The notes under the pieces were generated by a model. It worked only from the letters and a program-made list of their open reading frames with translations. It had not been told where the DNA came from and ran no database searches. The position numbers and the translations under genes are program-made. DNA of 64,000 bases from Paraspadella gotoi (taxonomy: Eukaryota; Animalia; Chaetognatha), in assembly GCA_051294375.1 (NCBI GenBank), contig CM119266.1, positions 11,155,212 to 11,219,211 on the forward strand, given 5' to 3'. The number at the start of each line of letters is the position of its first letter. The stretch's first letter is position 1. Of the stretch, positions 41,932 to 53,541 are shown piece after piece.

Positions 41932-44574
41932 AGAATATAAAAAAAATAAAAGTCTTTTTTTAAATATAAACAAAAAGAAGGGGAGATAGACCGAATGCCC
42001 TTCGCACGTGAAGGCGGGTGTTGCCGTCTCTCGGCGAAAAGGGAGAGAATCCAAAAGCTATCAGTGAAGAATTTTGAAAGCCAAGAGACAATGAAAAGAG
42101 AGGCAGGTTAAGAAGCAAAAGGTTGAAGAGTGAATAGAGGGAGATAGAGAGGAAGAATGAAGAAGAGAGGGAGAGAAGTGTGCAACAGAAAGAGAGAATG
42201 TAGATAGAATGAACAATCCGCCTTTTCCATTTTGCGAAAATTTGGAAGAATTTTTCTCGCTTGAACTGCGAGATTGAACTGACCGACCAAACGTCCGAAA
42301 CGATTATTTAAGGCGACCGAAAAGGTCGTCAAGCGGGGCCGCGGTCATTAGGTTCGCCCCCGCAAGTCCGGCGGCTTTCGGGCGAAAAATATATCGAGAT
42401 TTCTAATCAAGCCACAACGGTTTTTATTTTTCCCGCCTCTGATATTCATTGCTATCATAGTTATTGTTGTTACTGTTGTTTGTTGTTGATTTTTGTCAAT
42501 TATGAAATAACCCGGTTCTTTGAACAGCACTCCCGCCACAAAGAGTCAACGCCGCGTTTGCCTCCTTTTCAGCGTCCGTCGTCTCGGTCATCGTCGCATC
42601 GTCGTCGTCGCCTCCGTCATCTTTCAATCAATTTCGTCCGGCGGACGTAGTAGATAATAACAGTCAACAATTTTAGACGCCCTTCGTTCCTCGGTTATCA
42701 TCATCAGTGTCACATTGTCGCCATCTCTCGTCAGCGCGTCGGCGTCGGCGGCGTCGGCGGCGCTCCCCGTCATCGTTGTCCCTCGTCGTCTTTGACGTTG
42801 ACGAGTCTGTGCATCAGGTGTCGCCAGGCGATTGCGGGGAAATTGGTCTGGAGTTTAGGAGAAAACGAGGCGACGATGATGACGACGAAAGACAACGAAA
42901 ACAACGAAAACAACGACGGCGACGACTTGGTTGAGGATTTTTCTGAACTAATAACGTTGATTTTGTTTACGCATGAAGACATCAATCGAGCGCGGTGATT
43001 ACAACTACCAGACTTACGTCTTAATTCACGAGGATGGCGTTTTGCGCGCTTTTTTTTTTCGATTTGTGCTCTTGTTTCGTTTTTTTTTTAAGTAGAAAAT
43101 AAAGAAAACAAATCCGTTCGCAATAAAAAACGAATCGAGTTTCCCGTTTGTCTAATCGCTTCCTCCGCCACCAGGGGAATATTTCCATCTGAAGCGGAAT
43201 CAATTCCTCTTTTCTCGCCTCTCTCTCTCTGTATCTCTCGAGGGAGAGAAAAAAAAACGGAAACGCAAGACGGCGAGCGCAGCGAAAAAAAAAAAAAGAA
43301 GACGAACAAAGATAGAAAAAAAAAACGTTTACCGAGCGACAAAACAAAGCTGAGGTGATCAATGAGACTCGACTAAGGAAACAAAAACAAAGGTACAAAT
43401 GTCATCGAAGAAAATTAAAGGAAGAAAAAACAAAAGAAATTGAGAGAATCTCGTAAAAGAGGCGAGATTCGATGGGAGATCGAGATGTCGTTGACGCAGA
43501 AATTTAACTCGGCGCGGAGAAAATACTGTATTAAATTGTATCGAAATAATTAAAAAAAATAAACATTGATTAGATAATGGTAAAATTTTCAATTCGCATT
43601 CGTACGTCGTCGTCATTTTCAATTTTCATCGTCCTCTTTGTCCTTCGTCTTCGTCCTCAAATTCGTCGTCGTCTTCGGTCGCTTTTTCATCGTCGTCAGT
43701 CATTTGTTCTAAAATCGTCTTCATCAATCATCCTTCGTCGTCGTCGTCGTCCTTTCTCATCATCGTTCACATTCCGTCCTAAGCTTCGTCCGTCGTCTTC
43801 TTATTTTTGTCGTCGTCTTCGTCTTCATCTTCGTCCCTCAACTGTGTCGTCGTCAACGTCGTGTCGTCGTCGTCGTCGTCGGTCGTCATGGAATTCGCAG
43901 GTGAGGTGCTTAAACGATCAACAGAGCGACTCGATCTCACCGCGAGTCGATTGGCGAGGTAATTCCGCGCACCTGCGTCGCCGCCCGGGAACGAGAGGCG
44001 AAAATCGAGGACGGGGTTGATTGGTGACCGAAGTATCGAAGTACTGCGGTATCAAAGAGAAAATGGAGGGAGGAAAGTGCGGTATCGAAGGGTAATCGAA
44101 GAGTGAAGTCTGGGGTATTGAAGGGTAATTGAAGGGGGAGACTGCGGTATTGAAAGGGATTTAGAAAAGGGAACCAAATGTATCAGAGTAAGGAGGTGAA
44201 AATTTTAATTTCATTTTTAAGGATAATTCATGTACAGTCTAAACAGGCGGACAGCTGCATTGACTATTTGAGTATGGAGTAATGGTGCTTGAAGGCTCTG
44301 GCGGAGAATTAGGTATTCTGAATAGTGGCAGAATAAAATCTCAACTTTTACTCTAGAAGTCTATTTTTTTGCAGGACAGAAACAGTTGCGGATGAACATA
44401 AGTGATTAGTGACCGTGTATAAAAATCAAGTTTTAAAATAAAAAAAGAGAAAACCGTTTGAACTTACCATATACTCGCTCACAAAATAAACCCGAATCAC
44501 AAATAACACGTAAATACGTACTAAGATTCGACTAAAATACGACTACAGGCCAATAACAACTGTAGGCCCTACAG

Positions 44575-45177
44575 TAAGGCGTAGTGAAAGTTGCATTCCT
44601 AAAAAGTCAATTATGAACAACATACCATCAGTGAACATTAATTTGTAAAAAAAATTAAATTTTATGTTTTTTAATTTTCGTAGTAGGCTATATTTATATA
44701 TAGTACTATCCTTATAAAATCGAAAAAATTTAAAAGAGGCTTTTCTTAATTTTGATTGGCAGATTTGAATTCCTCGTCAAAGTTGATAAAGAAAATATAA
44801 ATTATTTTTAAAAATTCCTTCATAAGTTGTTCAAAATAAAAAACTATATTTAATATATAAAAAAGTTAATTTCAGCTTAAAATATAGCTTTTTCTAATTT
44901 TTGACCCACTTAATAAAGGAATTTTCTAAAAGAGTTATTTATCTTTTAATCAACTTTTTATGACGATCCAATCTGCAAAAAAAATCTTTAAAAAAACTGT
45001 TTTGAAATTTTAACAATTTATTGGTTTAGTACTAGTATAAATATGGCCTACTGTGTAAATTGTAAAATTTATTCTAAATTTTTTATTACAATAAATGTTC
45101 ATTAGTATAATGTTGTTCGTTCCTCAACTTTTAGAATTTTTAATTAAAGTTGAATTTAGGAATTTTACTACGCCTTA
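44575..45177. mobile_element. Non-autonomous hAT-type DNA transposon (MITE), foldback structure, copy 2
   Basis: Same TIRs. Perfect 8-bp TSD CCCTACAG at 44567-44574 and 45178-45185. Empty site with a single CCCTACAG at 50710-50717. Confidence 0.9.
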
Positions 45178-45908
45178 CCCTACAGTGTAGGGTTATCGGG
45201 AATCGGGGTTCGCGACCTTTGAAACGACCGACGACACGACGACGACGACGACGACGACGACGACAACGAACGACGTCTCTTTCCTTTAACCGCTTTCGAC
45301 CCTAAGCTTTGATCCTCGGTCCTGATTGAAGAAAAAATAAACACATAAAACCTCATCGAAAGAAACGTTGCCTGAGTCGGGGACGACGGAGCGACCGCTT
45401 TGGCGAAAGGGGAAGCATGCGGGCCTTTGGAACGAAGCGAGGTCCGAGTTCGAATCCGGGGATATTCATTTATCGATTAAGTCGAGGAAAACGAAGGACA
45501 GTCAAGAGATTCTCTGTAAAAAAAAAAAATATTAAAAAAATAAGGAATCTTCGTGCGTCATCGGAAGAATCGGTCAATGACCTTGTAAGAACCAGAAACA
45601 GTGAACGGACAACGACGACGAAACCAACTAAGAACGGCAGCAGAAGACAGCAGCAGAAATCGACCGCGAAAACGACTTGGCCGCGGCTTTAAAAATGGTA
45701 TCCTTGTTTTGCGTAAACAAACATTTGGCCCCCAAAACAAATTCCATTTCTTCTTCTCTTATCATTTTCTTTTTTTCTTTTCTTTCTCTTGTGCTTTTTC
45801 CTTTTTTTTCTCCTTTCCCGCTCCTTCCCATTATCCCCATTTTCCTTCCCCACGACTTTTGACGTGAGAACCGCGAAAACCGGAGCTTAACGCCGAACTC
45901 ACCTCATT

Positions 45909-45949
<41 letters not shown>

Positions 45950-46388
45950 CTCTCTCGTTCTCTTCTCTCTCTCTCTCTCTCTCTTCTCCTCTCTCTCTCT
46001 CTCTCTCTCTCTACCCCCTCTTTACGCTCGCCTGCTTCCAGTGCAGCGGTCTCCGTTTCCGGCGTCCCTGTCCGCGTCGCCCGTCGCCTCGTGACACGTC
46101 ATTAACGCAACCCGCCATTTTGCGCTCATGTCGTGGATAAGTAATGACGTTTTCACGACACGCCATTACTCTTGGCGGAAGTAGTCACGCTGAGCGTCGC
46201 CACGCGAAAGGAAAGAGAGAGATAGAGAGGTTGACGAGGAAAAGCTTTCGTTTCGCGGTTTTTGAAAAAGCGAAACAAGTGGTAATTGATGTTTGGCGAA
46301 AAGGTCTTACGACGAGCTTTAGTCCCTCTCTCTCTCTCTTCTCTCTCTCTCTCTCCGTCTCTCTCTCTCATCTCTCTCTCTCCTCTCG

Positions 46389-46426
<38 letters not shown>

Positions 46427-46653
46427 GTCCATTTGAAGCGAATTTACCTTTCTTCTCACTTCCGATTCGAAAATCTATCACATTCCGGTGTTCTTCTTTT
46501 CGACTTCCCAGCGGGAAACCCGAGCGCCGCGCCAGGTGCTGCCATGAGGCGGCAAAGCGAGCGTAAGAAAAAAGGAAAACAAAAAGCGCGCCCGGCAAGC
46601 GGATCGAAATGGGGATTGGATGGGAAGCGGAGAGGGAAAACGTGAACTGAGTG

Positions 46654-46690
<37 letters not shown>

Positions 46691-46703
46691 AGAGAGTAGA
46701 GAG

Positions 46704-46769
<66 letters not shown>

Positions 46770-47544
46770 AGAAAAGGGAGAGAGAGAAATGGAACGCAGA
46801 ATCCGCCATCCAAGGCGGCTGAGTCTCGTATGGAAAATTCATTGTGGTGGAGGCAGGCAGCTCAAAGGACTGAGTATTATCTAAAGGAGGACTGACCGAC
46901 TAAGGCGGGGAAGGAAAATGGAAGGAAGAGGGAGGAAGGAGATGGAGGAAAAGAGAAAAAAGAAGAAACAGAAGAAGAAGGAGGAGAAAAATTGAACACG
47001 CAGTGAAAACTCGCGATTCGTGTGGGAGATGAAAGGTAGTGTCAGAGAGAGAGAGAGAGAGAGAAAAAAAAGAGAAAAAATAGGGCGTTGATAGGAAAAG
47101 AGAATATAATCGTTCGAGAAGAAGGAGAGAAAAAAAAGAAGAATTAAGCAGGTGGACGAGAAACAGAAATGGCGGGGAAAAAAAAAAAAGATTCGTTCTC
47201 CATTACGAGGAAAGAGGAAAGAAAACAAACAATACGATGGCGCTCGCTGATCGCGGAGGAGGAGAAGTTAATGATGGTCGAGCGAGGTTAGAGAGAGAGA
47301 GTGGTTTGTTTGGTCAGAGTGATTCGGGTTTGGCGCCAGATTTGTTTGAAAATGAACGGACGGTTGGAGACCGTTTTTCTAAGGCGTCTATAAACTCTAT
47401 ATACGTGTCAAATCGCTTTAAATATACTTTTAACGATATTATTTTGCATTTCAACTCGACGCAAAAATTATAAACGAACAAAAAGGAAAATCACGCAAAA
47501 AAAAAACCTGAAATGAGTCCCGGATATATGGCCTTCAACTACTC

Positions 47545-47621
<77 letters not shown>

Positions 47622-50600
47622 CTTCTCTTTCTCATCTCTCTCTTCTAATGGAGTTTTGACAACGAGCTTCTTCTCAGTTTTTTTTTGTCGCGGCGGGAGA
47701 TTAAGGCGGAAAAGAGAAAATTCCAAAACTGACGTTTCCTTTTTTTTTCTCGAGTCCGCGAAGTCAAAGATAACGAGCAGAAGAAAGTTTTTACGAAAAG
47801 TCCGTTCGCCAAATATTTTAAAGGGGGAAAGTGAGACTTAAGCCTCGTTCTCGAAGCTGTTAGATTCGGGTTATTGTCGTCGTTGGCCGTTGTCGCCGTC
47901 GTCGTCGTAGTNNNNNNNNNNNNNNNNNNNNNNNNNNNNNNNNNNNNNNNNNNNNNNNNNNNNNNNNNNNNNNNNNNNNNNNNNNNNNNNNNNNNNNNNN
48001 NNNNNNNNNNNNNNNNNNNNNNNNNNNNNNNNNNNNNNNNNNNNNNNNNNNNNNNNNNNNNNNNNNNNNNNNNNNNNNNNNNNNNNNNNNNNNNNNNNNN
48101 NNNNNNNNNNNNNNNNNNNNNNNNNNNNNNNNNNNNNNNNNNNNNNNNNNNNNNNNNNNNNNNNNNNNNNNNNNNNNNNNNNNNNNNNNNNNNNNNNNNN
48201 NTCGCACGTGAGCGGGTGTTGCCGTCTCTCGGCGAAAAGGGAGAGAATCCAAAAGCTATCAGTGAAGAATTTGAAAGCAAAGAGACAATGAAAAGAGAGC
48301 AGGTTAAGAAGCAAAAGGTTGAAGAGTGAAAGAGGGAGATAGAGAGGAAGAATGAGAGAGAGGGAGAGAGTGTGCAACAGAAAGAGAGAATGTAGATAGA
48401 TGAACTCCCCTTTTCCATTTTGCGAAAAGTTTGGAAGAATTTTCTCGCTTGACTGCGAGATTGACTGACCGACCATAACGTCGAAACGATTATTTAAGGC
48501 GACCGAAAAGGTCGTCAAGCGGCGCCGCGGTCATTGAGGTTCGCCCCGTAAGTCGGCGGCTTTCGGGCGAAAAATATATCGATATTCTAATCAAGCCACA
48601 ACGGTTTTATTTTTTCCGCCTCTGATATTATTGCTATCATAGTTATTGTTGTTCCTGTTGTTTGTTGTTGATTTTTTGTCAATTATGAAATACCCGGTTC
48701 TTTGACAGCACTCCCCGCCACAAAGGCTGAATTCAACGCCGCGTTGCCTCCTTTTCAGCGTCGTCGTCATCGTCGTCGTCGTCGTCGTCTCCGTCATCTT
48801 CAATCAATTCGTCGGCGACGGTAGTAGATAATAACAGTCAACATTTTAGACGCCCTTCGTTCTCGGTTATCATCATCAGTGTCAACATTGTCGCCATCTC
48901 TCGTCAGCGGCGTCGGCGTCGGCGGCGTCGGCGGCGCTCCCCGTCATCGTTGTCCTCGTCGTCTTTGACGTTGACGCGTCTGTGCATCAGGTGTCGCCAG
49001 GCGAATTGCGGGGAAATTGGTCTGAGTTTAGGGAGAAAACGAGCGCGACGATGATGACGACGAAAGACAACGAAAACAACGAAAACAACGACGGCGACGA
49101 CTTGGTAGGATTTTTCTGAACTAATAACGTTGATTTTTGTTTACGCATGAAGACATCATCGAGCGCGGTGATTACAACTACCAGACTTACGTCTTAATTC
49201 CACGAGATGGCGTTTTGCGCTTTTTTTTTTCGATTTGTGCTCTTGTTTCGTTTTTTTTTTAAGTAGAAAATAAAGAAAACAAATCCGTTCGCAATTAAAA
49301 ACGAATCGAGTTTCCCTTTTGTCTAATCGCTTCCTCCGCCACCAGGGGAATATTTCCATCTGAAGCGGATCAAATTCCTCTTTTCTCGCTCTCTCTCTCT
49401 GTCTCTCTCGAGGGAGAGAAAAAAAAACGGAAACGAAGATGGCGAGCGCACGCGAAAAAAAAAATAAGAAGACGAAACAAAGATAGAAAAAAACGTTTAC
49501 GAGCGACAAAACAAAAGCTCGAGGTGATCAATGAGACTCGACTAAGGAAACAAAAACAAAGGTACAAATGTCATCGAAGAAAATTAAAGGAGAAAAACAA
49601 AGAAATTGAGAGAATCTCGTAAAGAGGCGAGAATTCGATGGGAGATCGAGATGTCGTTGACGCAGAAATTTAACTCGGCGCGGAGAAATACTTGTATTAA
49701 ATTGTATCGAAATTTAAAAAAAATAAAACATTGATTAGGACAGTTTAATGGTAATTTTCAATTCGCATTCGTCGTCGTCGTCATTTTCATTTTCATCGTC
49801 CTCTTTGTCTTCGTCTTCGTCTTCGTCTTCGTCCTCAACTTCGTCGTCGTCTTCGTCGCTTTCATCGTCGTCGTCATTTTTCTAATCGTCTTCATCATCA
49901 TCTTCGTCGTCGTCGTCGTCTTTCTCATCATCTTCACATTCGTCCTAAGCTTCGTCGTCGTCTTCCTTATTTTTGTCGTCGTCTTCGTCTTCATCTTCGT
50001 CCTCAACTGTGTCGTCGTCAACGTCGTCGTTGTCGTCGTCGTGGATTCGCAGGTGAGGTGCTTAAACGTCAACAGAGGCGACTCGATCTCACCGCGAGTC
50101 GATTGGCGAGGTAATTCCGCGCACCTGCGTCGGCGCCGGGAACGAGAGGCGGAAAATCGAGGACGGGGTTGATTGGTGACCGAAGTATCGAAGTACTGCG
50201 GTATCAAAGAGAAAATGGAGGGAGGAAAGTGCGGTATCGAAGGGTAATCGAAGAGGAAGTCTGGGGTATTGAAGGGTAATTGAAGGGGGAGACTGCGGCA
50301 TTGAAAGGGATTTAGAAGGGAACCGATGTATCGAGTAAGGAGGTGAAACATTTTAATTTCATTTTTAAGGATAATTCATGTACAGTCTAAAACAGGCGGA
50401 ACAGCTGCATTGACTATTGAGTATGGAGTATGGTGCTTGAGGCTCTGGCGGAGAATTAGGTATTCTGAATAGTGCAGAATAAAATCTCAACTTTTACTCT
50501 AGAAGTCTATTTTTTGCAGGACAGAAACAGTTGCGGATGAACATAAGTGATTAGTGACCGTGTATAAAATCAGTTTTAAAATAAAAAAAAGAAAAACCGT

Positions 50601-50761
50601 TTGAATCTTACCATATACTCGCTCACAAAATAAACCCGAATCACAAATAACACGTAAATACGTACTAAGATTCGACTAAAATACGACTACAGCCAATAAC
50701 AACTGTAGGCCCTACAGTGTAGGGTTATCGGGAATCGGGGTTCGCGACCCTTTGAAACGAC

Positions 50762-50792
<31 letters not shown>

Positions 50793-51574
50793 AACGACGA
50801 CGTCTCTTTCCTTTAACCCCTTTCGACCCTAAGCTTTGATCCTCGGTCTGATTGAAGAAAAAATAAACAACAATAACAACCTCATCGAAAGAAACGTTGC
50901 TGCAGTCGGGGACGACGGAGCGACCGCTTTGGCGAAAGGGGAAGCATGCGGGCCTTTGGAACGAAGCGAGGTCCGAGTTCGAATCCGGGGAATAAACTTC
51001 ATTTGTATTCGGGATTAAAGTCGAGGAAACGAAGACATCAGAGATTCTCTGTAAAAAAAAAAAAATAATTAAAAAATAAGGAATCTTCGTGCGTCATCGG
51101 AGAATCGGGTCAATGACCTTGTAAGAACCAGAAACAGTGACGACAACGACGACGAAACCAACTAAGAACGGCAGCAGAAGCAGCAGCAGAATCGACCGCG
51201 AAAACGACTTGGCCGCGGCTTTAAAAATGGTTCCTTGCTTTTGCGTAACAAACATTTGGCCCCCAAAACAATTCCATTTCTTTCTTCTCTTTCATTTTCC
51301 TTTTTTTCTTTTCTTCTCTTTGCTTTTTCCTTTTTTTCTCCTTTCCCGCTCCTTCCCATTATCCCCATTTTCCTTCCCCACGACTTTTGACGTGAGAACC
51401 GCGAAAAACCGGAGCTTAACGCCGAACTCACCTCATTTTATCTCTCTCTCTCTCTCTNNNNNNNNNNNNNNNNNNNNNNNNNNNNNNNNNNNNNNNNNNN
51501 NNNNNNNNNNNNNNNNNNNNNNNNNNNNNNNNNNNNNNNNNNNNNNNNNNNNNCATCTTCTCTCTCTCTCTTCC

Positions 51575-51624
<50 letters not shown>

Positions 51625-52277
51625 CGCTCCTGCTCCAGTGCAGCGGGTCTCGTTCCCCCCGCGGCCGTCAAACCCCCCCTGTACCGCGTCCGCCTGATAA
51701 GTAATGACGTTTCACGACACGCCATTACTTTGGCGGAAGTAGTCACGCTGAGCGTCGCCACGCGAAAGGAAAGAGAGAGAGAGAGAGGTTGACGGGAAAA
51801 GCTTTCGGTTTCGCGGGTTTTTGAAAAGCGAAACATGGTGATTGATGTTTGGCGAAAGNNNNNNNNNNNNNNNNNNNNNNNNNNNNNNNNNNNNNNNNNN
51901 NNNNNNNNNNNNNNNNNNNNNNNNNNNNNNNNNNNNNNNNNNNNNNNNNNNNNNNNNNNNNNNNNNNNNNNNNNNNNNNNNNNNNNNNNNNNNNNNNNNN
52001 NNNNNNNNNNNNNNNNNNNNNNNNNNNNNNNNNNNNNNNNNNNNNNNNNNNNNNNNNNNNNNNNNNNNNNNNNNNNNNNNNNNNNNNNNNNNNNNNNNNN
52101 NNNNNNNNNNNNNNNNNNNNNNNNNNNNNNNNNNNNNNNNNNNNNNNNNNNNNNNNNNNNNNNNNNNNNNNNNNNNNNNNNNNNNNNNNNNNNNNNNNNN
52201 NNNNNNNNNNNNNNNNNNNNNNNNNNNNNNNNNNNNNNNNNNNNNNNNNNNNNNNNNNNNNNNNNNNNNNNNNNNNN

Positions 52278-52309
<32 letters not shown>

Positions 52310-52795
52310 GGAACCACGAATCCGCCATCCAAGGCGCTGAGTCTCGTAATGGAAAATTCATTGTGGTTGGAGGCAGGCACTCAAGGACTGAGAACAAAGG
52401 GAGGACTGACCGACTAAGGCGGAGGAAAATGGAGGAAGAGGGAGGAAGGAGATGGAGGAAAAAGAGAAAAAAGAAGAAAACAGAGAAGAAGGAGGAGAAA
52501 AATTGAACCAGTGAAAACTCGCGATTCGTGTGGGAGTGAAAGGTAGTGAGAAGAGAGAGAGAGAGAAAAAAAAGAGAAAAAATAGGGCGTTGATGGAAAA
52601 GAGATAAATCGTGAGAAGAAGGAGAGAAAAAAAAGAAGAAATTAAGCAGGTGGACGAGAAAAAAGAAATGGCGGGGAAAAAAAAAAAAGATTCGTTCTCC
52701 ATTACGAGGAAAAGAGGAAAGAAAACAAACAATACGATGGCGCTCGCTGTCGCGGAGGAGGAGAAGTTAATGATGGTCGAGCGAGGTTTTGCAGG

Positions 52796-52963
52796 TGGAT
52801 GCATCCCTTGGGGAAGAGCCTCTTCTATTCGAGTCGATCTCGGAATTGACTTTGGGAAAAAGGATTCGCTACAAAGTAGAATATACTCCTTTTTCTTTTT
52901 GGGATACCAAGTCGAATTTTTTCTAACTTATCCGAAATGGATTCGTGACATCTTGCGTCTACA
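52796..52963 (+). pseudogene. Possible hAT transposase C-terminal dimerisation-domain fragment
   Basis: With indel correction it reads ...YTPFSFWDTKSNF.SNLSEM.IRDILRLQ, resembling the Dimer_Tnp_hAT pattern P-x-x-W-W-x5-7-F-P-x-L-S-x-M-A-R-D-I-L. Short and frameshifted. Confidence 0.35.
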
Positions 52964-53477
52964 GGGTTTGTTTACTATAAAAAAAACCGCTCTAATTCTA
53001 TTGCACGTTGGCTACAGTGGTAATTTTATTCAATTTTCAATGTAAAAATTTAAATTTTATAGATTAGCTTAATTTGTTTAATGCATCACATTTGTATTTG
53101 ATGTTAGCTCTGATGGATCCAAATCGTTACTAAATGAAAGATTTTCATTGCTATAGATAATAAGTTTTATAAGCAGTTAGTATGTAAGCTATTCAGCCCT
53201 ACCCCAAGCTCACTCCACACCAACCCTTCCCTTCCTATCCCCCAACCACGCCACCTTGCGATGTGATCTGTTTTGCATGATGGGCGACGGGTTCCTCTCA
53301 TCATCGTCACCCCTTCGTCCGTTTTGTCCGTTCCCTTCCGTCCCCAGGGAGTCGGTCCACCCACTAAACCCTCTCACTCTCACTCTTTTTCGTGCTCACA
53401 ACAATTTATCATCGTCTTACTCGCCGCGTGTGAGAGAGAAAGAGAGGAGAGAGAGAGAGGGAGGAGAGAGGAGAGAG

Positions 53478-53541
<64 letters not shown>

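Larger units (their letters stand above)
32984..52787 (+). repeat. Tandem triplication of a ~7.2 kb unit: copy 1 ~32984-40146, copy 2 ~40147-47299, copy 3 ~47300-52787 (lacks the first ~0.95 kb and the MITE)
   Basis: Colinear unique anchors in all copies (gagtgattcgggtttggcgccag; ttatttaaggcgaccgaaaaggtcgtcaag; gatggtcgagcgaggtt at the unit end). Copies are joined through (AG)n runs. Confidence 0.95.
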
